From positions 12,209 to 76,208 of the forward strand of contig DAIQNX010000007.1 of the NCBI GenBank assembly GCA_036788195.1: 64,000 bases of DNA. The letters run 5' to 3'. This DNA is from Synergistales bacterium. Lineage in GTDB: Bacteria > Synergistota > Synergistia > Synergistales > Aminobacteriaceae. This document shows, in pieces, positions 10,189 to 19,927 of the stretch. Under the pieces are notes generated by a model. That model was not told the origin of the DNA. It saw nothing but the letters and a program-made list of their open reading frames with translations, and did no database searches. The number at the start of each line of letters is the position of its first letter. Position 1 is the stretch's first letter. The position numbers were made by a program, and so were the translations under genes.

Positions 10189-11123
10189 GATCGCTGTGAT
10201 TCCTCCTTTCCTTCGTGCCGTGCCTTCCGTTTCGATGTCCGCGCCCGATTCCCGCTCTCACCCCCCCGGTCGTTCATATCCGGAAACGGACCACCCGCCG
10301 CATAGACGCCCTGCTCGGTCCAGATCCGTTCGAGTTTTTCCAGACGTTCGCGAACACCGTCGAGATGGTTCGCGACCGAGAGGATCAGGCCGTTCAGCGC
10401 GCACAGCGGCGTCGTCAGCGAGTCGACGAACGAAACCGGCTGATACGCCACGGTCAGGAGGTGTCGCGCCTGTCGCCCGAGCGGACTCCCCGGCGTATCA
10501 GTCACGGCCGCGGTCGTCAGTCCCGAATTCCGTGCGAACGTGAGGACGTCCACGGTCCAGCGGGAGTAGCGCGGAAAGCTGATGCCGACGACGACGCTTT
10601 CCTTCGGGGCATTCACGAGCATTTCGTAGGGAACGTCATCCCCGATCAGGGAGACGTTCGGGAGAAGCCAGCAGAGGTAGAACGAGAGGTAATACGCGAG
10701 CGAATAGGAACTCCGGTACCCGGCGATGTAGACGGACGACGCGCGAGCGAGCGCCGCGCCGAGTTCGTCGGAGGCCTCCGGAACGAGCTGCCGCTGATAG
10801 GCCGAAAGAGTGACGAGATCCGCCTCTACGGCATCCGTCGCGGACGCCTTTCCGCCTCCCGTGGAGGATTTCTGCAGGCGTTCCAGCGTCGAGAGGTGGT
10901 CCATGAGCATTTCCTTTACGGCGTCCCTGAGCGCGTGGTATCCCGAAAAACCCAGGAAATACGCGAAGCGGATCACGCTCGCCTCGGAAACTCCCGCGGC
11001 GGCGCCAAGCTCCGTCGCGGTCATGAAGGCGGCTTCACGCGGAGAATGGAGGATCATGTCGGCGATTTTTCCCTGCCGGTCGGACATCTGCGATCGTCTG
11101 GTCTGGAGCAGCGTTCTCAGCAC
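10185..11123 (-). CDS. MurR/RpiR-family transcriptional regulator (HTH + SIS domain)
   Basis: N-terminus LRTLLQTRRSQMSDRQGKIADMILHSPREAAFMTATELGAAAGVSEASVIRFAYFLGFSGYHAL is a typical RpiR HTH, followed by an SIS-like domain. I prefer the GTG at 11123 (GGGAGG 8 nt upstream) over the track ATG at 11192, which would translate an AT-rich promoter-like stretch. Confidence 0.85.
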   Translation of the reverse strand: MLRTLLQTRRSQMSDRQGKIADMILHSPREAAFMTATELGAAAGVSEASVIRFAYFLGFSGYHALRDAVKEMLMDHLSTLERLQKSSTGGGKASATDAVEADLVTLSAYQRQLVPEASDELGAALARASSVYIAGYRSSYSLAYYLSFYLCWLLPNVSLIGDDVPYEMLVNAPKESVVVGISFPRYSRWTVDVLTFARNSGLTTAAVTDTPGSPLGRQARHLLTVAYQPVSFVDSLTTPLCALNGLILSVANHLDGVRERLEKLERIWTEQGVYAAGGPFPDMNDRGGESGNRARTSKRKARHEGKEESQRS

Positions 11124-11164
11124 CAAATGCGCCTCCCTTCGACAAGTAAAGAAAAAAATCATCG

Positions 11165-11210
11165 TGAAGGATTTTTTTCGTATACAATACATTTATGAAG
11201 GATTTCCTTC
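11165..11210. promoter_or_regulatory. Candidate operator upstream of the rpiR-led operon: direct repeat plus palindrome
   Basis: TGAAGGATTT occurs at 11165-11174 and 11196-11205 (31-bp phasing). The second copy is part of the palindrome GAAGGA-TT-TCCTTC (11197-11210). It sits in the AT-rich stretch just upstream of the GTG at 11123. Confidence 0.35.
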
Positions 11211-11611
11211 AAAACTGTAGCATCCGGCGCGTCGAGTGTCAAGAATTGTCTTGTAGCTGGTGTCGTCGGACAGCGATGTGTCGTATTGAAGTGGAACAAT
11301 GTCATGAAGACGCGGGGTGGTATTTTTCCGGGCGTCCGGAAAGCGGCACGAATAGCGGTGTTCGAGGGAACGCCGTGGGGAAAGGTGACGATGTCCGGTC
11401 AGGATGCCTCATTGCCGAAAGCTCAGTGTCGGACTGCGTCCGGCTTTTCGCTGTCACGAAGACCGGAAACGATTGAACTTCGGTTTTTCCGGAGCGAAGC
11501 GCCGCTCCGGAGTCCGTCCGGGATTTGCTACAATGTATACCATGTCGCCCGATGGATCCAAAAACGGATCGCATTCTGCGCGCATCATCTTCCCCTCAAG
11601 GAGTCGATACC

Positions 11612-13732
11612 ATGAACGTCAACCGTCTCGGTCCCCGCATCACGGCAATGGTCCTCATCCTTCTCGCCGTCGCCGTCGGAACCGTTTCGTGGTTCGCGCT
11701 CGCGCGAAGCACGAACAGCCTCGAAGCGGCCGCCGACGCCTACGGCCGCGAAGCCGCCCTCCGCGTCGCGAACCAGCTCAGCGACACCTTCGACCGTTTC
11801 GACGGAACCTTGCTCGCTCTCAAGGCCTTCCTCGAAGGCACGTTCGAATTCGAACAGGCGAAAGACAACATGAAGATCTACATGTCCGTCTTCGTCCACG
11901 ACAACAGACTGCTCGTCGAGAAGCTCGGCGGACAGTCGCCGGAGATCCGGGACATGTACATCTACTTCAACCCGGAGTTCTTCGGCGGCAAAGTCTTCGC
12001 CCTCACCTTCTCGCGTCCGGGCGAAAACGACGCGTTCGAACTCTCCCAGAAGCCGAAAGAAACCCAGGCGGAACTTTTCGACCGTGCGAATCCGCAGACA
12101 TCGTTCTTCTGGAAACCGTTCGACGACGGCCAGACGTGGGGCGCCCCATTCCGCAGGGGGGACGCCGAACTGATCGGCTACGGAATGCCCGTCACCTCGG
12201 GAGGCAAGACGGTCGCCGTTATCGGCATCAATTTCGACTACGCGTTCGTCCGGAAGACCCTGAAGGATATCCGTCTCTACGACACGGGATATGCTGTGCT
12301 GCTCAACAGGGATCTCAGGTTCCTCTACCACCCCGCGTTTCCGTTCGATGGCCCCGGGTTTCGCGAGGTCTCGGGCGGACAGCTCGCTCCATTCGCGGAT
12401 ACGATCCTGAAAAACGCGATCGGAAGATCGGACTACGTCATGAACGGCATTCGAAAGACCTTCCACTTCGCGCACATGAAGAACGAGTTCATCGCGCTGA
12501 TCGCCGTGAGCCGGAACGAGATCACCGCTCCCGTCGATTCGCTCAGGATGATGATCCTGATCGCCTCGGGGCTTATCTTCGCCGTCGCCGTCGTCGCTGC
12601 CGGGATCTTCGCGAAGAGCGTTTCCTCCCCGCTCCGCGCCGCCGCGGCCGCCGCGGCGGATGTCGCGAGGACCGGCGACCTCAGGCGCCGGATCGAGATC
12701 GCGACATCCATCGAGGAAATCCGCGGCGTTGCGGAATCCCTGAACGCCCTTGTTTCCGCAATGAAGGGGTCGGTCGGCGAGATCCTGGGCGGCGCGAACC
12801 GCGTGCTCGCGAAAGCGGAGGAGCTCAGCGCGGTTTCGGAGGAAACGACTGCCTCCGCCGAGGAAATCCTCGCGCTCGCCGACCGGGCGAGCAAACGCTC
12901 CGCGGACGCGGCATCGGCCGTCGAATCGGCGAACGCCGGCATCCAGGAGGTGGCGGCAGCCGCTACGACCGGCGCGAAGACCGCGGCCGAGGCCGGCGAA
13001 CGCGCCGCCGAGATCGCTGCCGCGTCCGAACGGGGGGGACAGGCGATCCGCGATACGGTTGCGCTCATCGATACGATGGCATCCTCGAGCGGCAAAGTGG
13101 GAACCGCGATCCGCGAACTGGCGGATTCCGTCGGCGGAATCACGGGGTTCGTCAATACGATCACCTCGATCGCGGATCAGACCAACCTTCTCGCGCTCAA
13201 CGCCGCAATCGAGGCGGCGCGCGCGGGCGAAGCCGGACGCGGATTCGCCGTCGTCGCGGAAGAAGTCAGAAAGCTCGCCGAGGAATCGGGCAGGGCTGCG
13301 CGAGAGGTCAGTTCCATCATATCGACCATCTCGTCGCGCACCGAGAACGCCGTCCGCGACAAGACGGAGGCCGACGGAAAGATGCGCCTCGTGATCGGAA
13401 AGGTCCGCGAGACCGAGGGAATCATCGGCGACGTGGTTTCGCGGATCGCGACGATCACGGACAACGTCCAGTCGATCGCGGCGGCGATGGAGGAACAGGC
13501 AGCCTCGTCGCAGGAGATGACGGCCGGAATGGATTCCGTCGCCCGCAACAGCGACGACATCGTGGAACAGCTCTCCTCGATCGACGCCGCGACGCAGGAG
13601 CAGGAGAAGGCGACCGAAACGCTCGCGCAGGCATCGGAAGAACTCGTCCGCCTGAGCGGCGAACTCCGGAACGCCGTCGCCCGATTCACGGTCGAAGACG
13701 CCGCGATCGAACCATCGCCTGCGACGAAGTAG
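11612..13732 (+). CDS. Methyl-accepting chemotaxis protein (Cache-like periplasmic domain, HAMP, MCP signalling domain)
   Basis: ATG at 11612 lies 8 nt after AAGGAG. There is an N-terminal TM helix, an extracytoplasmic domain of about 280 aa and a second TM helix. The conserved core is [39 protein letters not shown]. Confidence 0.92.
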   Translation: MNVNRLGPRITAMVLILLAVAVGTVSWFALARSTNSLEAAADAYGREAALRVANQLSDTFDRFDGTLLALKAFLEGTFEFEQAKDNMKIYMSVFVHDNRLLVEKLGGQSPEIRDMYIYFNPEFFGGKVFALTFSRPGENDAFELSQKPKETQAELFDRANPQTSFFWKPFDDGQTWGAPFRRGDAELIGYGMPVTSGGKTVAVIGINFDYAFVRKTLKDIRLYDTGYAVLLNRDLRFLYHPAFPFDGPGFREVSGGQLAPFADTILKNAIGRSDYVMNGIRKTFHFAHMKNEFIALIAVSRNEITAPVDSLRMMILIASGLIFAVAVVAAGIFAKSVSSPLRAAAAAAADVARTGDLRRRIEIATSIEEIRGVAESLNALVSAMKGSVGEILGGANRVLAKAEELSAVSEETTASAEEILALADRASKRSADAASAVESANAGIQEVAAAATTGAKTAAEAGERAAEIAAASERGGQAIRDTVALIDTMASSSGKVGTAIRELADSVGGITGFVNTITSIADQTNLLALNAAIEAARAGEAGRGFAVVAEEVRKLAEESGRAAREVSSIISTISSRTENAVRDKTEADGKMRLVIGKVRETEGIIGDVVSRIATITDNVQSIAAAMEEQAASSQEMTAGMDSVARNSDDIVEQLSSIDAATQEQEKATETLAQASEELVRLSGELRNAVARFTVEDAAIEPSPATK

Positions 13733-13763
13733 CATCTGTCCGGGGACAGAAGGCTCAACGCCG

Positions 13764-13796
13764 GGCTCCTTCCGTTGCTGCGGGAGGAGCCTTTTT
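13764..13796 (+). terminator. Rho-independent terminator of the MCP gene
   Basis: GGCTCCTTCC (13764-13773) pairs with GGGAGGAGCC (13782-13791) as a 10-bp stem with one G-U pair and an 8-nt loop, followed by TTTTT (13792-13796). Confidence 0.8.
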
Positions 13797-13946
13797 CGTT
13801 CACCCGCGCTTTCCTCCGCAGTCTCGCAAGACGGAGCCGCGACCTCCTCCCTTTCGTTTTCCGCGACATAACCTTTCCGTCGTTCCCTTTCCCGGACGAA
13901 ACGAAAGTGTTATTGTTCCGACATGTTCAATCAGGAGGTGAACGAC

Positions 13947-15266
13947 ATGTTCGATTTTGCGCCGGAATTACCTGCAATGGCGATGATTGGAGTGCTTCTC
14001 TTCGCAACGCTCCCGGCAGGCGCCGCCGTGACGGCATCGGACGACGCGAAAGCGTCCGTACAGGCCTCGCGCGGTTCAGTACGCCTCCGGGGGTTCCGCG
14101 ACCCGGAGATGGACTTCCAGGTCATCCGCTCGATCGGCGCGGATGCCTATGGAGGCGGAACGATCGGGGAGATCCTCGCCGCCCGCGACTCGATCGCCGA
14201 CGGCGATCCGTCCGCGTGGACCGGCGCGTTCGCGGCTCTCGCGGAACGGCTCGAAGCCGACGGGAAAGACCGGATGCTGCGCGGGCATCCGGTCAGCGCC
14301 CGGGACGCCTTCCTTCGCGCCTCGAGCTATTGGCGGGCGGCGGAATACTACGGCGACCCTCGAAGAGATGATGCGCAGCGGTGCGGACTCCGATGCCGCG
14401 AGGCGTTTCTCGCCGGGACGCGACTCCTCCCCGGCGGAGTCGAAGATCTTCGCATCCCGTTCGGCGACACGCCGATCCGGGGATATTTCCTGCGGGCGGC
14501 ATCCGACGACGTCGTCCGTCCGACGGTCCTCATGATGAGCGGGTACGACGGAACCTCCGAGGAGATGTTCTTCGCGGCCGGACGCGCCGGACTCGAGCGC
14601 GGATACAATGTCCTGCTCTTCGACGGCCCGGGCCAGACGGGGATGCGGCGTTTCTTCCCCGACTCGGCCTTCATCCCCGATTACGGCCCCGTCATACGCG
14701 CGGTCATCGACCACGCGATGTCGCGGACGGACGTCGATCCGAAGCGCATCGCGCTCTACGGCGTCAGCATGGGCGGATACCTCGCGCTCAGCGGGTCGAT
14801 CGGCGAAGGACGCCTCGCGGCGCTCGTGCTCAACTCGCCGATTACGAATCTTCACGAGTACATGTCGGCCTTTATGTCCCGATCGCGCGACTCCCGGGAC
14901 GATATGACCCTCGACGAGCTCGCGGCGCTTCCCGACGACGTCATTCCGTGGGGGCTCCGCAGCGCCGGGATGAACTTCATCCGGCGCTTCGGGGCGACGA
15001 CGTTCTCGGGCGCGATGAAAGCGCTCGAGGCATTCGATAATCGTCCGCGCCTGAAGAGGCTGAAGGTTCCGACGCTCGCGCTCGCGTCTCGCGGCGAAGG
15101 AGCGGCCCCGGTGCGTCTTGCGGAAGAGTTCGCGGCGACGTCGCCCCGTCCCGTGACGCTCAGGATCTTCGAGCAATCGTCCGGAGCGAACATGCATTGT
15201 CAACTCGACAACCTGCCGCTGTCCGCGGCCGTGATCTTCGACTGGCTCGACGAAACCCTCCGGTGA
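13947..15266 (+). CDS. Secreted alpha/beta-fold hydrolase (FrsA/DUF1100-like esterase or peptidase)
   Basis: ATG at 13947 lies 8 nt after AGGAGG and is followed by a signal-like N-terminus. Nucleophile elbow GVSMGG sits after LLFDGPGQTG, and the overall length fits alpha/beta hydrolases with an N-terminal cap. Confidence 0.8.
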   Translation: MFDFAPELPAMAMIGVLLFATLPAGAAVTASDDAKASVQASRGSVRLRGFRDPEMDFQVIRSIGADAYGGGTIGEILAARDSIADGDPSAWTGAFAALAERLEADGKDRMLRGHPVSARDAFLRASSYWRAAEYYGDPRRDDAQRCGLRCREAFLAGTRLLPGGVEDLRIPFGDTPIRGYFLRAASDDVVRPTVLMMSGYDGTSEEMFFAAGRAGLERGYNVLLFDGPGQTGMRRFFPDSAFIPDYGPVIRAVIDHAMSRTDVDPKRIALYGVSMGGYLALSGSIGEGRLAALVLNSPITNLHEYMSAFMSRSRDSRDDMTLDELAALPDDVIPWGLRSAGMNFIRRFGATTFSGAMKALEAFDNRPRLKRLKVPTLALASRGEGAAPVRLAEEFAATSPRPVTLRIFEQSSGANMHCQLDNLPLSAAVIFDWLDETLR

Positions 15267-15304
15267 CGAAAGAGCGGGGGCGCGTTTTCCCCGCTCTTTC
15301 GTTT
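15267..15304. terminator. Strong hairpin between convergent genes (bidirectional terminator)
   Basis: CGAAAGAGCGGGG (15267-15279) pairs perfectly with CCCCGCTCTTTCG (15289-15301) as a 13-bp stem with a 9-nt loop, then TTT. It begins 1 nt after the hydrolase stop. Confidence 0.8.
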
Positions 15305-15332
15305 CATATTAGTCCGGCCGGCTTCGCGCGGG

Positions 15333-16459
15333 TTATTCCTCGAGGCGGACTCTCCCTTCCCGGAAAAGGGACTCGCATGCGTCGACGACTGCCGGGTCGT
15401 ACGCGATCCCCTTTTTCGATTCGATCTCGCCGAGCGCCGCGTCGATGCCGAGCGCGGGCCGGTAGGGCCGGTGCGACGCCATCGCCTCGACGACATCCGC
15501 AACCCCGATGATCCGCGCCGCGGGAAGGATGTCGCCGCCCGAAAGCCCTCTCGGATACCCAGACCCGTCGATCCTCTCATGATGCTGATAGACGATTTCC
15601 GCGAGCGGCCACGACAGTTCGATGCCCTTCAGCAGCCTGTACCCCGCGGCAGCGTGCTCACGCACCAGTTCGAGCTCGATCCGGCTGAGTTTCTTCGTTT
15701 TCCCGAGGATTTCCGACGGCGTCTCGATCTTGCCGAGGTCATGGACCAGCGCCGCGAGTTCGATATGCCTCGCCCCATCCGGGCTCATCCCCATCTCGAG
15801 CGCGATCGCCTTCGAGAGATGCGCCACTCTGCGCTGGTGTCCCGCCGTATAGGGGTCGCGCGCCTCGGTCGTCGCCGCGAGCACCCGGATCGTCTGGAGA
15901 CGCGCCCTTTCGAGCGCCGCTATTTCCTCCTGCAACCTCCTGTTGGAATCCGCCGCGCGGCGTTCCGCATCCTTGCGGGCGCCGATATCCTGATAGACCG
16001 CGTAAATCCCCGGCACCCGGGCGACAGCATCACGGGAAACCCGGTGAAAGCGACCTCGACGACGGTGCCATCCTTGAGTTCGAGCACCATGCGATGCTGC
16101 GCCGTGACGTCCGGCGTGTAGCCGAGGATCTTGCCTCCTTCGATGCGGACGATGTCGATTCTGTACCAACATCTGGCGCCGTCGCGCCTGTAGGAAAAGA
16201 TCCAGGAGTCCTCGTCCTTCAGGCGTCCGATACGGTCCCGCGCCTCGTTTTCCGCTTCCGGAGGAAGCAGCGTCCAGAGGGGTCCGGACATGGCCTGTCC
16301 TTCCTTCTGTTCCATCATGCGCAGAAATGCGGAGTTGACCTCGAGGACATTTCCCGCGGCGTCGGCGACGAACACGCCGATCGGGACGTGTTCGACATAG
16401 ACCCGGAAGCGTTCCGTGCTGAACCGAAGCTCGCGACGCATCCGGTCGACGCCCGTCAT
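15333..16459 (-). pseudogene. PAS-domain / HD-GYP phosphodiesterase gene interrupted by a frameshift (pseudogene, split gene or assembly error)
   Basis: The PAS part (MTGVDRMRRELRFSTERFRVYVEHVPIGVFVADAAGNVLEVNSAF...) is in the frame of track ORF 15920..17356. The linker (YQDIGARKDAERRA) and the HD-GYP domain (RDPYTAGHQRRVA, HDLGK, HHERIDGSGYP) are in the frame of ORF 15333..16580. The frames swap near the GGGAAACCC run at 16034-16042. Confidence 0.7.
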
Positions 16460-16481
16460 GTCGACGACGCGAGCGGTCGGC

Positions 16482-16550
16482 TTGACACGAAATAAAAAAA
16501 GCGTAGTATTTTGTGTTACGAAATAAAACTTTTGTGTTATAAATTGACGA
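16482..16550 (+). promoter_or_regulatory. Candidate nik promoter with phased direct repeats (possible operator)
   Basis: TTGACA (16482-16487), 16-nt spacer, TAGTAT (16504-16509). TTTTGTGTTA occurs at 16509-16518 and 16530-16539 (21-bp phasing). ACGAAATAAAA occurs at 16487-16497 and 16518-16528 (31-bp phasing). This is one of the clearest AT-rich patches I noticed. Confidence 0.45.
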
Positions 16551-16564
16551 AGGAGGGTATTTTT

Positions 16565-18151
16565 GTGACGAAACGCACACTCTCGCTTTTCGCGACGATT
16601 CTCTGCCTCGCGGCCTGCCTCGCGGCCGTTCCCGCGGCGGCGGCCCCTTCGACCGAAAAGACCATCACCTATTCCTGGCCCCTCAACGCCGGAGACATCA
16701 ATCCGCATCTCTACTCCCCGAACCAGATGTACGCCCAGGCGCTCGTCTACGAGCCGCTCGTGAGCTTCGGCGACTCCGGAAAGATCGAACCCTGCCTGGC
16801 GGTCTCGTGGGCGATTTCCGACGACGGAAAGGCATACACCTTCACGCTGCGCGACGGCGTGACGTTCAGCGACGGGACGCCCTTCGACGCCGCGGCCGCG
16901 AAGAAGAACTTCGACACGATCATGGCGAACGCGAAACGCCATTCGTGGCTCGCGATCGTCGAGCTCATCGAAAAAACAGAAGCCGTCGATCCGAAGATCT
17001 TCCGCCTGACGCTGAAGACCCCGTACGCGCCGACGCTCAACGACCTGTCGCTCATCCGCCCCTTCCGTTTCCTGTCGCCGAAGGCGTTTCCGGAGAGCGG
17101 CAATACCGCCGACGGCATCCGCGCGACGGTCGGAACCGGTCCGTGGGTGCTCGCGGAGACGAAGAAGGGCGAGTATGACGTCTTCGTGCGCAACGAGAAT
17201 TATTGGGGACCAAGGCCCTTCTTCGACAAGATCGTCGTCCGCGTTCTGCCCGATCCCGAGGGGCGCGTCGTGGCGTTCGAAACGGGCGAGATCGACCTGA
17301 TCTACGGATCGCAGATCAACATCGAATCCTTCATGCGCCTCAAGGGCTCCGGACAATACGCCACGGCCGTCTCCGGACCGATGACGACGCGCGCGTTCGC
17401 GATCAACTCAGCGCGCGGGGCGACGAAGGATCTTGGCGTCCGGCGCGCCATCCAGCACGCCGTGAACCGGGATGCGATCGTCCGATCGATCTTCCGCGAT
17501 CTCGAACCGCGCGCGGACTTCCTGTTCCCGACGACGACCGCCTATTGCGACACAGGCGCGACACCGTACGAATACGACCCGGCGAAGGCCGCGAAACTTC
17601 TCGACGATGCCGGATGGAAGAAGGTCGCAGGCCGCGACTACCGGGAAAAAGACGGCAAAAACCTCTCCATGGAGGTCTGTTTCGTCGGCAACGATCCGCT
17701 CCAGAAGGCGCTCGCCGAAGTGATTCAGGGCGACTTCCGGAAGGTCGGCATCGAGGCCGTCCTGATCGGCGAAGAGCGGGATTCGTTCTACGGCCGCCAG
17801 AAGACCGGCGAATTCGACCTGATCTTCAGCCAAACATGGGGAGCACCCTACGAACCGCACGCGGTCGTCGGATCGATGCGCGCGCCGTCGCACGCCGACT
17901 ATCAGGCGCAGGTCGGGTTGCCGATGAAGAAGGACCTCGACGCATCGATCACGAAGGTGCTGAGCGCCACCGACGAGGCCGAACGCGCGAAGCTCTACCG
18001 GGAAATCCTGACGACGCTTCACGAACAGGCCGTCTATCTGCCGCTGACCTATCCCACGCAACTTGCGGTCTACTCGAAGAAAATCGCGGACTTTCCATTC
18101 TCCGTGCTCCAGTATGTCGTTCCGTTCGAACGGATGAGCGAACGGAAGTAG
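16565..18151 (+). CDS. nikA: Nickel ABC transporter substrate-binding protein NikA-like
   Basis: GTG at 16565 lies 7 nt after AAGGAGGG and is followed by a signal peptide. Long collinear similarity to my recollection of E. coli NikA, for example NPHLYSPNQMYAQALVYEPLV, RPFRFLSPKAF, GTGPWVL...YDVFVRNENYWG, PDP..RVVAFETGEIDLIYG, WGAPYEPHA...MRAPSHADYQAQ. Confidence 0.85.
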   Translation: MTKRTLSLFATILCLAACLAAVPAAAAPSTEKTITYSWPLNAGDINPHLYSPNQMYAQALVYEPLVSFGDSGKIEPCLAVSWAISDDGKAYTFTLRDGVTFSDGTPFDAAAAKKNFDTIMANAKRHSWLAIVELIEKTEAVDPKIFRLTLKTPYAPTLNDLSLIRPFRFLSPKAFPESGNTADGIRATVGTGPWVLAETKKGEYDVFVRNENYWGPRPFFDKIVVRVLPDPEGRVVAFETGEIDLIYGSQINIESFMRLKGSGQYATAVSGPMTTRAFAINSARGATKDLGVRRAIQHAVNRDAIVRSIFRDLEPRADFLFPTTTAYCDTGATPYEYDPAKAAKLLDDAGWKKVAGRDYREKDGKNLSMEVCFVGNDPLQKALAEVIQGDFRKVGIEAVLIGEERDSFYGRQKTGEFDLIFSQTWGAPYEPHAVVGSMRAPSHADYQAQVGLPMKKDLDASITKVLSATDEAERAKLYREILTTLHEQAVYLPLTYPTQLAVYSKKIADFPFSVLQYVVPFERMSERK

Positions 18152-18164
18152 GCGTCCCCGAACG

Positions 18165-19106
18165 ATGCTGAAATTCATCGCGCGGCGTCTGCTCGCGCTC
18201 GTCCCGATCCTTCTGCTGATGTCCGTCGTCGTCTTCCTGATGCTCCGCATGGCGAAAGGAGACCCCGCGATGGCCTATCTCCAGCTGTCGAACATCCCTC
18301 CGACCGACGAGGCCATGGCCGAGGCGCGAAGCTCGCTCGGACTCGACCGACCGCTCGCCGTGCAGTACGTCGACTGGCTCGGGCGGGCGCTGCGCCTGGA
18401 TTTCGGCATTTCGTACACGTCGAAGCGGCCCGTTCTGGAAGGGATTCTCCGGTCGATGCCGGTGACGCTGGACCTCGCGTTCAAGGCGCTCGCCGTGACG
18501 CTTCTCGTCAGCTTTCCGCTCGGCATCCTGGCGGCGCTCCGCAAGGACCGCCTGCTCGACCACGCGACGCGCGTCTTCGCGTTCGTCGGCGTCTCGCTGC
18601 CGGGATTCTGGTTCGGCCTGATGCTCGTGACGCTCTTCTCGGTCGTCCTCAAGGTCCTGCCGCCGATGGGGCGCGGAACGCCCGCGCACTACATCATGCC
18701 ACTCGCGACGCTGTCGCTCATGTCGATCGCGATCAATATCCGCTTCATCCGCGCGTCGCTTCTCGAGCAGATGAAAAGCCGCTCCATACTCTACGCGCGC
18801 TCCCGGGGCCTCACGAAGGGCGCGATGCTGCTCCACGTGCTGCGCAACGCGCTGCTTCCCGTCGTGACCGCGATCGGAATGCACCTCGGAGAGCTTCTGG
18901 GCGGGGCGGTCATCGTCGAAAACATCTTCGCCTGGCCGGGCGTCGGGCGGTATGCGCTCTTCGCGATATCGAACCGCGACTACCCCGTGCTCCAGTGCTT
19001 CATCCTATTCATGACGGTCGTGTTCGTGCTCTGCACGCTCGCCTCCGATATCCTCTGCGCGTGGCTCGATCCGCGGCTTCGCCTCGGAAGCGGGGAACGG
19101 CAATGA
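18165..19106 (+). CDS. nikB: Nickel ABC transporter permease NikB-like
   Basis: 313 aa, collinear with remembered E. coli NikB (GDPAMAYLQLSNIPPT, LDFGISY, RPVL, ENIFAWPGVGRYALFAISNRDYPVLQCF). Confidence 0.85.
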   Translation: MLKFIARRLLALVPILLLMSVVVFLMLRMAKGDPAMAYLQLSNIPPTDEAMAEARSSLGLDRPLAVQYVDWLGRALRLDFGISYTSKRPVLEGILRSMPVTLDLAFKALAVTLLVSFPLGILAALRKDRLLDHATRVFAFVGVSLPGFWFGLMLVTLFSVVLKVLPPMGRGTPAHYIMPLATLSLMSIAINIRFIRASLLEQMKSRSILYARSRGLTKGAMLLHVLRNALLPVVTAIGMHLGELLGGAVIVENIFAWPGVGRYALFAISNRDYPVLQCFILFMTVVFVLCTLASDILCAWLDPRLRLGSGERQ

Positions 19107-19927
19107 CGTTCTTCCGGCAGCCGCTCGTCGCCGTCGCGGCCGTGATTCTCGCGTTCATCGCCGGGCTTGCGCTCTTCGCCCCGATCGTCGGCTCGGGCGA
19201 CCCCGTCGACACGCACCTCGAACGCAAGCTGGAGGGACCGAGCGCCGAGCACTGGCTCGGAACCGACCACCTCGGCCGGGACGTCCTCTCGCGCCTCGCG
19301 TTCGGGGCGCGGACGTCGCTCGGCGCCGTCTCGGTCATCCTCGCGATGATCCTCGTTGCGAGCACCACGGTCGGATGCGTCTCCGCGCTGTGCGGCGGCA
19401 TCGTCGACTCGGTGCTGATGCGCCTCTGCGACACGTTCCTGACCTTTCCGACGATCATCCTGGCGATGTTCCTGACCGGAATCCTCGGCACGGGGATCGT
19501 CAACGTCGTCATCGCCGTCGTCCTGACGCACTGGGCGTGGTACGCGCGGATCATCCGGAGCCTCGTGCTTTCGGTCAAGAACCGCGAGTACGTCGCGGCC
19601 GCGAAGGTTTCCGGAACGACCGGAATCCGAACGGTCTTCCGGCATATCCTGCCCGCGACGGCCGCGCAGCTCGTCGTCCTCGCGACGCTCGACATCGGAC
19701 ACATGATGCTCCACGTCTCGGGGCTCTCGTTCCTCGGACTCGGCGTCCGTCCCCCGCTGCCGGAGTGGGGCGTCATGATCAACGACGCGCGCCCCTATCT
19801 GTGGACGCAACCGCATCTGATCCTCTACCCCGGTCTGCTGATCTTCCTGACCGTCGCGGCGTTCAACCTCTTGGGCGACGCGCTCCGGGACTTCCTCGAC
19901 GTCGCCTCGACCGGAGGAAACCCATGA
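19103..19927 (+). CDS. nikC: Nickel ABC transporter permease NikC-like
   Basis: ATG at 19103 forms an ATGA overlap with the nikB stop. It is a DppC/NikC-type permease (HWLGTDHLGRDVLSRL, binding-protein-dependent transport EAA region). The upstream part of track ORF 18995..19927 overlaps nikB and is not coding. Confidence 0.82.
   Translation: MTFFRQPLVAVAAVILAFIAGLALFAPIVGSGDPVDTHLERKLEGPSAEHWLGTDHLGRDVLSRLAFGARTSLGAVSVILAMILVASTTVGCVSALCGGIVDSVLMRLCDTFLTFPTIILAMFLTGILGTGIVNVVIAVVLTHWAWYARIIRSLVLSVKNREYVAAAKVSGTTGIRTVFRHILPATAAQLVVLATLDIGHMMLHVSGLSFLGLGVRPPLPEWGVMINDARPYLWTQPHLILYPGLLIFLTVAAFNLLGDALRDFLDVASTGGNP

Noticed and set aside
8713-10305. 530-aa plus-strand ORF and 457-aa minus-strand ORF (8807..10180) over the aminotransferase gene
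   Set aside because: Only frame 8833..10188 (minus) gives class III aminotransferase motifs. The others are shadow frames.
11195-11615. Small ORFs of 93, 109 and 90 aa in the rpiR-MCP intergenic region
   Set aside because: They have no RBS, mutually overlapping frames and atypical composition. One merely runs into the MCP start. They are more likely non-coding leader sequence.
16030-16046. Programmed -1 ribosomal frameshift at the PAS / HD-GYP frame junction
   Set aside because: In the upstream frame the codons are ACC GGG TTT CCC. This does not form an X XXY YYZ slippery heptamer, and I see no obvious downstream pseudoknot. An indel in the GGG/AAA/CCC run is the simpler explanation.
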